DNA of 64,000 nt, taken from NCBI RefSeq assembly GCF_009914755.1, contig NC_060947.1. One strand, 5' to 3'. Origin of the DNA: the human T2T-CHM13v2.0 reference genome, Homo sapiens. The notes under the pieces are model-generated. The model was not told where the DNA came from, searched no databases, and saw nothing but the letters and a program-made list of their open reading frames with translations. Position numbers and translations under genes: made by a program. This document shows positions 1 through 15,973 of this stretch, one piece after another (positions within the stretch are counted from its first letter, which is position 1; each line of letters opens with the position of its first letter).

Positions 1-926
<926 letters not shown>

Positions 927-2459
927 TGATGGTTTGAGTAATCCTTTAGGGTTTTACCCTTTACATGCCATTAAATTGTCATAATTAATCATCATGCAAC
1001 AGGTTGTAACATGTAAAGTGACAATTTAGAGGCTGATACAGAAGAATAGCGAATAACAGGGGTTTAGTTTTTATGCATCATTTCTTCAGGAAAACACATC
1101 ATGAGGGGAAATAGCTTTGAATAAGTTCAGTGAAGGTTGCCATTTAGTTAATTAACTTAACCATTTTCATTAGCAGACTCAGTATTGACTTTAGAATACT
1201 GTCTGCTTAATTTCTTCCAAACAATGAATATGTATGAAACACCACCAAAGGTAAAGTGAAAATGAAGACAATATAGGTAAAATGTAAAAATTAAATTATT
1301 AAAATATATCAGAAAAGTATGTGGAATACATTTATAAACTTATATTCAATTGCAGTGTGCTCCTCCAAACTTTTAAGATATGACCTTGGCATAGGCACAT
1401 TATTTCAGCTGCTTAGCACAGGATTTGTAATAATCTCAATTTTATAAGAAAATGCATTTCTAAATTGGTTGGAGAAGGCTAAAACAATGCATAAATCCAG
1501 TGCACTGAATATAATTTTCTGCTTCAACTGACGATCTAGTCTTTTGAAGAACAGGCTTTTTTTTTTTTAACCATTTTTGGCCATATTCATTTTCTGCAAC
1601 TTCATGTTGGAATAAATAAAATCAGCAGGTGCCTATTGATTTTTGGAGGGAGAAATCTCATTCGTAAGACTGAAAAAAAGTGAAGTCCATCATAACCAAC
1701 TGATGAACAAATACGTGTGAAAATTGAAGAAAATAATAACGTAGAAACAAAGGGTAAATATCGATACAACTATTTAATATGACTGATTTTCAAATCTGGA
1801 TTTGTTGTCTCTAGGAGTTGGAAGGTGGGAAGGCCTGCAAAATTTTTTTTATTAATTTAAAATAGGACGATATACATTCCATACAGCGATTATTTATTTT
1901 CTTAACCATAACAGTCTTAACTAGAGCACACAGCAGAATCAATTGGGTAGGAGTTTTTGTTTTATTTTGTTTTAATATGTATATCCAAGCTCCATACCAG
2001 AGAATCTAATTCCATAAGTTTGTAATGGAGTCGCGATAGCTCAACCTAATTTTTCTATTTATAATATAGAAATAGATGCTTAGATCCCAGTGGTACAAAC
2101 ATCCCTGCTAGAGCCCACACAAACTGCAATGCCTATTAGTAGTAAGAAAATGAGACTGCTTCTCTTTTTAACATTTTGTTCTCATTCTCAATCTGCATTT
2201 ACCTCAGATTTACTAAGTCTAAAACTCAAGTCAAGTGTAGTGCAGTAAAACAAGTAAGTTAAGAGCTGGAAGGACTCGGTGTAACAGTGTGCATTATGAC
2301 TTATGTGCCTTTGGATTTTAGTTTTGGGGGGAACCACTTTAAGCCCATTTCTTCTTTTGTAGAACAGAGAGTTAATTCTCACAGTATCTATACTTCCTAG
2401 TTCCTCTTCCTTTTCTCCATGTGTAATTTACTCCACAGTCTTCTTTTATTTTGCATCAC

Positions 2460-2960
2460 TGATACGGTTTGGCTGTGTCTCCACCCAAATCTCATGTTGA
2501 ATTCCCATGTGTTATGGGAGGGACCCAGTGGGAGGTAATTTAATCATGGGGGCAGGTCTTTCCTGTGCTGTTCTAGTGATTGTGAATAAGTCTCATGAGA
2601 TCTGATGGTTTTGAAAAGCGGAGTTTCCCTCCAAAAGCTCTCTCTTTGACTGCTGCCCATCCACGTAAGATGTGACTCGTTCCTCCTTGCCTGGTGCCAT
2701 AGTTGTGAGGTCTCCCCAGCCAAGTGGAACCGTAAGTCCATTAAACCTCTTTCTTTTGTAAATTGCCCAGTCTCGGGTATGTCTTTATCCGCAGTGTGAA
2801 AATGGACTAATACAGTAATTTGGTACCAGTAGAGTGGGGCACTGCTGAAAAGACACCCGAAAATGTGGAAGCGACTTTGGAAGTGCGTAACATGCAGAGT
2901 CTGGTACAGTTTGGAGGGCTCAGAAGAAAGGAAAATGTGGGACAGTTTGGAACTTCCTAA
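2460..2960 (+). mobile_element. THE1 (MaLR) LTR (~2460-2813) plus the first ~150 bp of THE1-int
   Basis: TGATACGGTTTGGCTGTGTC start, GACTAATACA end, then TGGTACCAGTAGAGTGGGGCACTGCTGAAAAG internal sequence. Confidence 0.88.
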
Positions 2961-4029
2961 CCTCTTACATCCAGCCTGGCCTTTTACATTCCCAGAGCAA
3001 GAAGTCTGTTCAAGTCCTTATTATCTGGGCCACCGGAAAAAATATATATCTCAAACCAGTTTGTAGACCTCCAGTCTCTACCTGCTGTAATTCAACCCCT
3101 GCATTGCCATCAGACTGAGTCTTCTAAAATAAAACTTAATTCTTAAAAATGAGTCCCTCCCCTGTGAGTGGATTATCAGTATTTGTTGTATGTGCATATG
3201 GGGAAAGGTTACGCTACCCATGCTCCTCTAGACATTCTGGTATATTCTCCCATGTAGACATACAAGGCAGAGCCAAGGCCTTCCTTTATGAACCATTTAC
3301 TGGGGGAAAATAATGTATCGGATCACTTTACTCCCTGATATGGACTAATGCTAGAAGCAGTTGAATCTACTGTCTTTAATGGGACAGAGTTGTGCTCAAG
3401 GATCATTAACCACAACCACCGCCCTTACTCAGAGATAAAGATTTAAGATCTCTTAGCATGGTGGCTAAAGGTTTTCAAACTCTTGCCCAAACATACCTTT
3501 TCAATGTCAAACACAATCACCTTGCTCTATTCAGGAGGAATCCTACCATAATATTTTGTTTACAGTCTCTCCACCTATAATAATCTTTCCTCTTCTCTTG
3601 AGTACTGCAAATTCTACTTCAGAATAGAACAATGTCTACATGAGGGCCTTCTTTTGTGGTCCAAGGCCATTTTGCTTCTGCTATAGTTTATTTGAGAAAA
3701 TAATTGTCTGTCCTTGGGCAACTCCTGTACTACCGTCCTTTGTTGCAATCTCAACTTTCCACATAATTACTTTCCAAGCTATACTACGAGGCAAAGGGAG
3801 GATTATGAAGGGTTTAGGGTTACTCTCTCTTCCGCTTCACTGTAATTTCTATTCTTTATTTAGAAACATTCTGTCTATTCCTTTATTATTTTGTAGTCTA
3901 TAATAATCATACAACATCTTATTAATATGACACTATATTTTGGATATGCCCTCTATTATATTACTAATATTTACATAAATGTAAACATTTTTATTTCCAT
4001 GATCCTAGTGACTTTTACCGTTTCTAATG

Positions 4030-4240
4030 TATTTATTTTTAAATTAACACATAACATTGTATGTATTTATTGTGTACAACATGTTTTGAAATATGCATAC
4101 ACTGTGGAATGGCTAAATTGAGATAATTAACATATGCATTACCCCACATTCTTATCATTTTTTTATGGTGAGAATGTTTAAAATGTAATCTCTTGGCAAT
4201 TTTCAAGAATACAATGCATTGTTATTAACTATAGTAATCT
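4030..4240 (-). mobile_element. L1MA 3' end fragment
   Basis: Antisense L1MA 3'UTR-like text (gtggaatggctaaatt...aattttcaagaatacaat...ttaactatagt). Confidence 0.7.
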
Positions 4241-4574
4241 CCATTCCTTTTAGGTATCTGCTTAGGCTGGTATCATACACATAATAAATGTTCAATTATT
4301 TATGGAATGAACAAACCCAATGTTTTATTTCTTTAATGAATTAGTTCATTCTGAAAACTAATACTTCTGTCAATCAACAACAATCAATCAACCAACTTCA
4401 AAGTAACTTCTCTTCGTTAGAGATGACTAGCAGCCTTAGTATCAAATTGGTGATTATTAAGACGGACAACATGATAAAATATTCACCCCATAACTCCCGC
4501 TCTCCAAAGTGAATTCTTTAAATCTCTTTTGATATGCAAAGTTCAGTGAGAAGTGAACACCTTCTGTCACCTAG

Positions 4575-4720
4575 CAACGTGCTGATCTTAAACAAGGCCA
4601 GTTAACCTCGCTGAACCTGGATTTCTCTTTCTGAACAAAGAAAGACAAGATCCACCTCCTATAACTTCTGTGACTCAAATGAGCTAATGTATAGGAAATA
4701 CTGTGCAACATATAGTGGTT
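4575..4720 (+). mobile_element. MIR fragment
   Basis: Degenerate MIR core (agttaacctcgctgaacctggatttctc...aaatgagctaatgtat). Confidence 0.55.
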
Positions 4721-5257
4721 TATAAACCATAAAATTCTGAAAAAATTAGCTGATTGAACCAGTGAGTAGAGCGTAGGCATAGCGATATAAGAGCAGTACT
4801 AATTTGCTGATTAGGTGATGAAAATTAGTAAACACTCAGATTTTGCTACTAATAAATGTATTGCTGCAAAATGTAACTGACGGTTAAACTACAATCATTC
4901 AATAATAATTTGTTGAACATCTCCTAGGTATAAAGCATTATAAGACCAAAAGAAATCCAAGAATTACATCCCGTATAATCCTAGTTGTGGATTTATATTT
5001 TTCTTTTTGATACTGGGTGTGTAAAATAGACTCAAAAAATGATTTTTTCCCCTTTAAGATTTTTGTTTGCTCATTGAATCGTGGTTGGCTACATCAGGCA
5101 GAGATTTTAAGGGAAAACCTATTTTCAACAAGACAGAGTAAGTCAATTCTAAGCAACTCTGCGGCTAATACATGTTGTAGGGTTCATATAATTTCTTCTT
5201 CACAGAGACAATTGTCCCTATTATGACACCTCTCAACATTGCCATTGTTTATCTAGA

Positions 5258-5562
5258 ACAATGACATCCAATAAAATTATAATGAGAGCGATACATGTAA
5301 TTTAAAATTTTCTACACATTACAAAAGTAAAAAACAGGTCAAATTAATTTTAATGTTATATTTTCTTTAACTTAAATAGCCAAATTGTTGTCACTTCAAC
5401 CTGTACTCAATATAAAAAGTACCAATGAGATATTTTATTTTTTTCATACTTAGGTTTTGTAATTTGGTGAGTGTTTTATACTTACAGCACATTTCAGTGG
5501 GGACTAGCCATATTTCAAATGCTCATATGGTAGGCTGTTGTTACCACATTGGAGAGCACTGA
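5258..5562. mobile_element. MER33-like hAT-Charlie element
   Basis: tccaata...catgtaatttaaaattttcta...ggactagccatatttcaaatgctc...attggagagcactg. Confidence 0.7.
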
Positions 5563-6547
5563 TCTCAAAGGAAAGTTGGACATTTCGTCCAAGTTTTTGT
5601 TCAAATAAAAAACTGATTAAACTTTGAGCAAATATGAATTATTCTTATCAGTCTCTTATTGTTTCTTCCTCTCAAAAATATTCGCAATATTATAAAACCA
5701 GCAATGTTAAACATACTGAACTCACCATTTGAAAAAGATGGAAGATAAGAATCATTTTCACAATAAATGCTGTACCATACTATCCCCACACCAAAGCAGC
5801 CATTTTGTTATTTTAAGAAATACATATGAAAATTCTTCTGTGAATACTGAAAGCAAATGTGGGCATAAATCTCTGCTTATGCAATAAAATGTATACTTAA
5901 AATTACATTACAGATGAAGAATCATACATAGCTCTACCTTTGCTGTATTTTGACATTTCTGTTTGCAATAAAAGCTTTTTAATAGAGGCACAGCTCTTCA
6001 TGAATATAGTAAGGATTTTAGTTACTAGGAAATAAGAAAGAACATTACTTCAATATTGAGTTCTTAACATAAATGAGAGCATAAAAATTACATCAAAGAT
6101 ATCTTTAGATTTTACTAGGAAATATTTGCCACAATACTTTTGAAAAAATAATAGGAATTTTATAGACATTCATTATATAAAAAATAAAACACCATATATG
6201 AAAATATGAGAGTTTAAATCAGCATGAGAAGCTTTGCATTAAAACTAAATACATATGAATCATCTGTATTTGGGAGCCTCAGTGGTTGCAGCCTTATACT
6301 ATCTCTTAGAGAAAAATATTTCATAATCCATTCCAATCATGTATGTATTAAAGTTTATGACAACATAGCTGTCCCCCAACCCCATGTACTTTTTGAAATA
6401 TGAAGGAATAAATTCAATTTCTTAATATATTACTACACTTAACAGATTATGACAAATACTTCTCTAATTATACAAAAAAATTAGGTTTGGAGAATCCCAG
6501 AGTATTAGCTGCATTTTCAAATGCCAGCAGGTGAAGGGAAATAATCC

Positions 6548-7123
6548 GTGGTGGGAAGACTCTAAAATGGCACTCAGTGATCTCTGTCTCCTAGTATTTG
6601 AGTCCTTTAATAATTTCCTCCCCTTGAGAGTGGTCAAGACTTTTGACTTGCTTCTGACAAGCAGAATATGTCAAAGACAAAAGGATATCACTTCTCCAAT
6701 TAGGCTACATAAGATTGGGACTTTTGTCTTGCTAGCAATTTCACTCTTTCTCTGTCTCTTTCCCCCCTCCCCCACTTTCTCTCACTGATTTTGATGAGGC
6801 AAATTGCCATGTTAGAGACCGAAGGAACTAAACGTGGCCATCAGCCAACAAGAAAAGGAAGACTACAGTCCAATAACCCACATGGAACTGAAACTTACCA
6901 ACAACAGGTGAGTTTGGAAGCAGGTCCTTCCAAGGCAAGCTTTCAAATGAGACCCTAGCCCTGGCCAACACCTAGTGTGCAGCCTTTGTGAGAGACCCCG
7001 AAGCAAAGAATATGGATAATCTATGCCTAGACTTCTGACCCATATGTATCCTGATACTCTAAAGATACAGTTTTAAGCCCCTATCTTTGTAGTAATTGTT
7101 ATGCAGCAATAGACAACTAATAC
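6548..7123 (+). mobile_element. MLT1E/F-like MaLR solo LTR
   Basis: gtggtgggaagactctaaaatggc start; tgttatgcagcaatagacaactaataca end. Confidence 0.8.
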
Positions 7124-8193
7124 ATAATATTATAATCTTTTTAAGAAACAAATATAGTAACATAAAAATTAAATAATGGTGAAGTTGTAGGGTTTTCAGT
7201 ATAGGAGTATTGCAAATATAAGAACGGACCATATTTTAACGAGTTACTGAAAAATAGTGGCGAATTTTAAAGTTTCAATGTCAGAAAGAAGAAATCAAAT
7301 ATATACTCAGATGAAATGATAAAACCATTAAGGTTTCATGCACCCTCTCACATTTCTAACATTAATTTTCAAATTTTAAGTAGAACAGTGATAAAGATGA
7401 ATAATATTGTCAATCTTCTAGTTTTATTTTAGCACCTTGCATTTAAAACAGACAATTTATCTTTGAGTTGTTGGTACTTCAAATAGTTTTTTTAAAGTTT
7501 CCACAATTTCACACAGAGACGAATGCTAAGAATCTGTTAAGCTTGCTTTTAGGGAAAAGGATGCCTCAAAGTCACAAAACTTTTTAAACTTGGTTCTTTG
7601 GGGGTGAAAAAGCAGGCATATTTTTCACCAATTTTCTAAATTTTACATGTTAAATTGGAAGTAAGATTTATGTTAAACTGTTTATTAAAACATATTAAAG
7701 ATAAACCATGTGAGAGAATGGAATCAAAATGGAGAATTTCCTACCTTGCTCACTTCAACCAATTAAGAACATAATTGGTAGCAAAAGATGAAGAGGGAGA
7801 TTTCAGGTAAAAGAGAACAGAAATTAAAAAAAAAGGAAGGGGGGAGAAAGGCAACAGAGACGAGATGGGGAAAAGAGCAAAGGGGATTAACACATCTTGA
7901 GAGGGTGAGATGAAAGTGTGAGGAAAAAGTAAAAAATTATAGCATGAAAATAGAGATGTAGTGTACTAACATGTAATATAGAGTTGATGAAGACATGTTG
8001 GAATTAACTTCTGAAAATTGTTGATGAATGCACAGTTTAGAAATGACGAATAATAGTTCTATTCCATTTCCATTTAAAGGATAAAGGCTTCAAAATGCAT
8101 GAAAAATTATAAAGTGAATTTTTAAATGGTTCATGAAATCTCAGCTTTCTGAAACTAAATTAGCTTCTTTTGTTTTTCAGATTCGAAACTCTA

Positions 8194-8563
8194 TGATATG
8201 GTTTGGCTGTGTCTGTACCAAAAGCTCATCTTAAGCTGTTGTTCCCATAACCCCCACACGTCCTGGGAGGGATCAGGTGGAGATAATTGAATCACGGCGG
8301 GCGGTTACCCTCATGCTGTTCTTGTGACAGTGAGTTCTCACGAGGTCTGATGGTTTTATAAGGGGCTTTTCCCTCTTTTGCTCATTCTCCTCCTTCCTGC
8401 TGCCATGTGAAGAAGAAGGTGTTTGCTTCCCCATCTGCCATGATTGTAAGTTTCCTGAGGCCTCCCCAGCCATGCTGAACTGTGAGTCAATTAAATCACT
8501 TTCCTTTATAAATTACCCAGTCTCAGGTATGTCTTTATTAGCAGTGTGAGAACAGACTGATAT
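8194..8563 (+). mobile_element. THE1 solo LTR
   Basis: TGATATGGTTTGGCTGTGTC...gattgtaagtttcctgaggcctccccagcc...gagaacagactgatata. Confidence 0.88.
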
Positions 8564-9540
8564 ATTTCATTCCATACAACACCAACCAGGTCTCATACCA
8601 GGTCTTGTAGATGATACCAAATAAACTCTCTGAAACATATTTTTCCTAATTCTTTTTGTCCCATTGAATTGTGAAATTGTACACTTTCATCTACAGCAAA
8701 TATTGGAAAGTTTCTGCATCTGGAAGATTTTGAAAGTGAAAAGAATTATCTTATATTGCCATGAATGACACAGCCCTTGATAAATGAGTAGGAATATGTG
8801 AGATATTTACTTTAAAATTGTCTTTAAAGGCAATATCCATTCTATTATTGACATCATAACATTGAGTGAACATATTATCAGCCAGATTTAGTAAAACTGT
8901 ACAGTGAATTTTCCAGAGATATCCTTGTATAACATAAGTCATCTAGTCTCCACAGAAATGATTGAAATTCCTTGACTAGACTAAGCAGCTCCATTGGTTA
9001 CAGTAAATCCAAACAATTTCCCCCTCCAACCTCACCTTCTACTTTATGCTCACATCTACTTTTGTTTATGATCTCAATTTCAGGTCCATGTCTTAAATGT
9101 AGACCTACTAAAATAGGACATTTACTCCAAATTTCAATTCCTTCCCTGGTTGCAGCCATGTTTTGAGACACCAGAATGTAAGACACACAGAAACAGAAAA
9201 TACTGTGGAAGGAAGAATCAACATCTTTTCAACTTATTGTGATATAAATTTGAAAAGCTATGACATGGAATTCTGATTCAATTGATATCCATGATCTCCT
9301 TGTAAGTACCTGAGTACTGAAGCCAACTGTCTTGATTTGGGTCTCCCAGTAGCAAACCCAGAAATAAAAATTTGAGCTCAAGTAGTTTTGGGATGTGATT
9401 CCAGGACACATCAACAGGGTGAGAAGAAGTGAAATAGGGAAGATAGCCAATAAAGGGTATATTATCATGCAAGTCATCAATGTGAACAACTGAATCTTAA
9501 TACTCCCTGTTATCCCTAAAAGAAGATGTAGGAAACTAAG

Positions 9541-10960
<1,420 letters not shown>

Positions 10961-11322
10961 GAAAGATGTAGGGAATTAAGCTTGGAGTTATTAGATCTGA
11001 AGGGCAAGGGGGACAGGGTATTGATCTATCAACTGCTGCTCTACAGGGGCATAACTGCTACATTTCTGCTCTCTCCCAAGAATGAGCAGAGATAGCCCCA
11101 AGCAAAGAGATGCAAGTACAGGAAGTTGGAAATTAAGAAGCACGTATAAAAATGGTAAGTGCTAAAGGGATATCGGTGGGGCACCGACAGTATCTGCTAC
11201 AACACCTCATACATTTTTTCCTTAAATGATCTCCACAACCTGCCTACATTTGGAAAGTATTGTTGTAATGTCAAAATTACCATTCAGTTTCATTAATTGA
11301 CTAAAAAATCAAGTCAAAGCAA

Positions 11323-11850
11323 TGTGACAGATATTGGTTGGTTATCTTTTCCTAATTCATCTATCTATTCTGTCTACCTGTCTGTTTATCAGTCAATCAT
11401 CTTTCACCCTTACGTTCCTTTGAGGAACTTTGCACCTACTTCTCTACCTTTGTTGTGGTGCAGCTGTAGAGTTTGGTTGAGATTTAATGACTTTTAGCTG
11501 TAGAAGTGAGGTGTGATTTAGTACAGGAATGAGCATGTGACCTAATTCAGGCCAGTCAGTTTCAGAGCAGTCTTTCCTGGATGCTTTGGGAAAGAAGGTC
11601 CCTAAAGAGATGATTTTCATCAAAAGTAAGTTTGCAGATGTGGGTTCTGAAACGGCTTCAGGCCATTTTTGTCACCAAGAGGGAAGTCAGGTGAAGCTGC
11701 TAGGTCAACACAGAAAAATAGAACCCAGAGAAATGTGAAAAAAAAAAAAAAAAAACAAGAAACAAAAAACCGGAACCTTGATCATATTTATTGTTTAAAT
11801 CAGTTTGAGACCAGTTTTCTGTCACTTACAGCATTAAGAGAACCAATAGA
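11323..11850 (+). mobile_element. Old ERVL/MaLR LTR (LTR16-like)
   Basis: gagcatgtgacctaattcaggccag and ttttctgtcacttacagc motifs. Confidence 0.45.
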
Positions 11851-13601
11851 CGCATTAAGTCAGTTACTTACAGGCATATTAGTTAGAACTAATCCTCCAT
11901 GACACTTCACAGAAGGTGAAGATTCATGCATTTTTAAAATAATTCATTCTATCATTTTACTTGAATATCATAAAAATCTCTCGGTTAGTGTTAACAAATA
12001 ATAGTTTTCTTTCGTTTTTCTAACACCTAAAACCATATTTCATAATCCCATAATGTGAAATAGTGTGAATAATATGTAACAGTTCAAACATTATGTTCCA
12101 GAAGAGAGAGATTTTTATTTTTTCTTTCTATTTTTTGAACTCCAGAGAGAGATTTTTAAATTTGCAGTTTGAGATTAGAGCTTTCCAACAGCTGAAGTGT
12201 TTACTATTTTGAGAGAAGACTTGCGAAAGCAAAGGTTAACCTAGTAGTACCTGCTGTGCCTTCGTTGGCAAATGAAGGAAAATCACACAGATGGTGGCAT
12301 TTGCCTGGGAGTTGGGTGCCAGGGGTGTCCTCTCAAAGGCACACAAAAAGATAGAATGAAATGTCTCTCTTTTCTTAAATATGTGGATGTGGATTTGTTG
12401 GAAAAAATTACTTTACCCACACTTGAAAAGTCATCACCACTGTCACCACCACCACAATCAATCAATTTAATAGTGAACATGTATTAATCCTTTAGTATGT
12501 ACCACATTCTCCCTTGCCAGGCAAGCAAGGAATTCAGCTTTGTTCTAGACTGCTGTTTGGCACAGTCTTAGGTTATTCTCCTTCTAACAGTGCAAAGCAC
12601 TTAGAATACAGTCGATACACAGTAAGTTATTAATAAATATTAACTATCATTACCTAACACACTGAGGAATCTTTAACTCTCCCAAGGAGTGGGGAGGACT
12701 TCAAAACAGGAATCAGTTAAATTTCTCCTTGGACCGTCTAGTGCAGGCTTGGTGTAGATATAAAAAGAAATAAAATATTGGTACAAACTAAATGCCTGAC
12801 ACATCTGAGGTAGAAACTAACGAACGTTGTAAGTGAAATACTGCTGTGGGCTGAGGATAACAGGAGGCCAAGATGGATCTTGTTTGGAGATGACAAGGCA
12901 GGCTCTATGGGATTAGAAAGGAGAAGTCAGATTTAGAGATTGGTGGTATTAAGAGAGAAGGAAAAAAGGTAGACTTTCTAAGTGGACCAGGCAGGGAATC
13001 AGAGGCGAGGAAGAAAACAGAACAAATGGAAAGAACATTGGGTAGTCTCATTTTGATGGCAGCCTGAGTGAAAATGACCAGTGGGAGAAAATATCAGAAG
13101 ATTTCTATAGCTGAATGACACAGGGGTTGGAAACCCAGGGCTAAAGGAGAAATTTATCAAGGAACTGTTTCCCTTACTAAATCCACAGCATCGCCCACAT
13201 AGGTACAGACTTGTTTGTCTAGGATTTTGTGACTACATGGCAGTTTGCCTTATCAAAGTGAGTGAAAGGATGGGGAAAAGGGAAAGCAAGACAGGAAGAG
13301 AAAAAGAAATAGGGAGAGTGAGGCTCTTGTCACAATCAACTTGTAATTGCTGAACAGTGTGTTGGTGCTTTCATGTCAGAGGTAACATTTACAGAAATGA
13401 CACATTTTAAGGCCCTGAGGGGAAGGCAGATTAGGATAGAAGCTTATAATGTATTGCTGCTTTATAGTTTTATCACTGTTTGGAAAGTATTTCATTTTAT
13501 TTATAGCTCTGTAGGAAAATTACTAAAAAAATTATGATAACTAATACTTACTGATGTCTTACCATGTGCTGAGCTCAGGTTTCAGCTTCTTAAATGTGTC
13601 A

Positions 13602-14886
13602 TTAGGTGACTACAAAAGTAAGTGTTGTTTTCACATTCATGGAACTTGCCATTTGATATTGAAATACATTCTTAAATAAATGTGATTATGTTATACATCA
13701 TTTTAATGAGCATTTCTCACTTTTTTTTTTTTTTGCTAATGACTTATTACTTGCTGTTTATTTTATGTTTATTTTAGACTATGGAAATGATGTTAGACAA
13801 AAAGCAAATTCGAGCGTTTTTCTTATTCGAGTTCAAAATGGATTGTAAAGAAGCAGAGGCAACTCGCAATGTCAAAAACACATTTGGCCAAGTTACTGCT
13901 AACAAACGCACAGTGCAGTGGTGGTTCAAGAAGTTTTTCAAAGGAGATAAGAGTCTTGAAGATGAGGGGCGTAGTGGCTGGCCATCAGAAGTTGACAATG
14001 ACCGATTGAGACCAATCATCGAAGCTGATCCTCTTACAACTACACGAGAAGTTGCCGAGGAACTCAATGTCAACCATTTCACAGTTGTTCAGCATTTGAA
14101 GCAAATTGGAAAGGCGAAAAAACTCGATAAGTGGGTGCCTCATAAGCAGAGCGAAAATAAAAGTATCGTCATTTTGAAGTGCCATCTTCTCTTATTCTAC
14201 GCCAACAACAACAAACCATTTCTTGATCGGATTGTAACGTGCAACAAAAAGTGGATTTTAAACGACAACTGGCGATGCCCAGTTCAGTGGCTGGACTGAG
14301 AAGAAGCTCCAAAGCACTTTCCAAAGCCAAACTTGTACCAAAAGTCATGGTCACTGTTCACTGGTCTCCTGCTGGCCTGACCCACTACCGCTTTCTGAAT
14401 CCCGGCGAAACCACTACATTTGAGAAGTATGCTCAGTAAATTGATGAGATACATCAAAAACTGCCATGCCTGCAGCCAGCAGTGGTCAACAGAAAGGGCC
14501 CAATTCTTCTCTGTGACAACGCCCGACCGCACGTCGCACAACCAACGCTTCACAAGTTGAATGAATCGGGCTAGGAAGTTTTGCCTCATCTGCCATATTT
14601 ACCTGACCTCTCAACCAACTGACTACCACTTCTTCAAGCATCTCGACAACTTTTTACAGGGAAAATGCTTCCACAACTAGCAGGATGAAGAAAATGCTTT
14701 CCAAGAGTTCATTGAATCCCAAAGCATGAATTTTTATGCTACAGGAATAAACACACTTATTTCTTCTTGGCAAAAATGTGTTGACTGTAACGGTTCCTAC
14801 TTTGATTAATAAAGATGTGCTTGAGCCTAGTTATAATGATTTAAAATTCACGGTCCCAAACTGCAATTTCTTTTGCACCAACCTAA
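13602..14886 (+). mobile_element. Near full-length Hsmar1 mariner transposon (1285 bp)
   Basis: 30-bp TIRs at 13602-13631 (TTAGGTGACTACAAAAGTAA..., degenerate) and 14857-14886 (...TTTTGCACCAACCTAA) followed by TA; transposase inside. Confidence 0.97.
13781..14809 (+). pseudogene. Hsmar1 transposase pseudogene
   Basis: MEMMLDKKQIRAFFLFEFKM, WVPH motif, C-terminal NGSYFD*. Compensating frameshifts ~14160-14200, TGA at 14297, later stops/frameshifts, first catalytic D changed to N (TCNKKW). Confidence 0.95.
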
Positions 14887-14980
14887 TATATCTCAGTCCA
14901 TTTTTGTAGGGCCATTTTTGTTCCTGTTTCCAGGTGAGAAAACTGAGACCACAGAGAGATGACACAGCTAGTAAGGAATT

Positions 14981-15480
14981 TGTGGAAGGCGATTATTTGG
15001 CAGCCCCACAATTAATCACGCCTCTTGGATTCATGCCTTTGTGTAGTCCCTTCTCATTTTGATTCTGAACTTGGCCATATGCCTGGCTTTGGCCAATGGG
15101 ATAGTAGCAAGTGTGATACAAACAGAAGCTTGATAAGTCTTTGAAGATTGGTGCTTGTTCTTTTGGAAGGCTTCTTCACAGAACTCAACCACCAAGCTGT
15201 GGGGAAGCCAAAGGAGACACATGGAGAAGACAATGGAAACAAACTGAGGCTCATGGCCAATAGCTTTAGCTGAGTTCTCAGCTGGTAGGCAGCACCAACT
15301 GCCAGTCATGTGAGTGAGGCCATTTTGGACTTTCCAGCTTTCCCAGTGTCTTGGTTGATATCAGGTGAAGCAGATGAATATCATAGTCAACTCTCAGAAT
15401 TATGAGAAATCGTAAAACTATCTTATTTTAAGCCAGTAACTTTTAGAGTGGTTTGTTGCATAGCATATATAACTGGAACA
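14981..15480 (+). mobile_element. MLT1H-like solo LTR
   Basis: tgtgg start, gctttggccaatgggat, end gtttgttgcatagcatatataactggaaca. Confidence 0.75.
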
Positions 15481-15938
15481 GAGTGAAATCAAAATTTGAA
15501 CCAGGCAGAGTAGTAACATGTCGAACTAACTATACAGGATTAAAAAAAACAGCTTCTCAAAGTGAAGCAGAACTTTATCTTTATTTGTTTTTTGAAATAA
15601 ATATTCTACATTGGCTATACCAGACTACGTGATATACTAGTATGCTATTTTACCTTACTGTGTCTCTCTTCCTGTTTCCTGCTCTTATGTGAATATACAG
15701 ACAATCCTTTCTGGTGACATTATCTTTGCTCTCAGGAACAAAGAATGACCTTATTACATTTACCTATATCATCACTACCCCTTTCACATTTTAATTAGCA
15801 CCAAATTGTAGAAAAACAATTATGTAAATTATTAGCAGAGATAGTGGCCTCTCTGTCTCTTTCAAGATTAATATGACTGAGTTGTGGTGAAGAATAAGTC
15901 AATGACAAGGTCAGCATCCATTCCAGAGGAAGATTTTG

Positions 15939-15942
15939 AAAA

Positions 15943-15973
<31 letters not shown>

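Larger units (their letters stand above)
13540..15508 (-). mobile_element. MIR in three pieces (~13540-13601, 14887-14980, 15481-15508)
   Basis: Pieces rejoin into antisense MIR: cttactga...accatgtgc | tatctca...gaaaactgagaccacagagag...acacagctagtaag | atttgaaccaggcag. Confidence 0.7.

Noticed and set aside
9036-9107. Possible 69/72-nt pseudoexon (ttttagtag|...AAG|gtgagg, minus)
   Set aside because: Short pyrimidine tract, early stop in the DMD frame; within background expectation.
13774-14589. Minus-strand ORFs over Hsmar1
   Set aside because: Antisense shadows of the transposase with no independent support.
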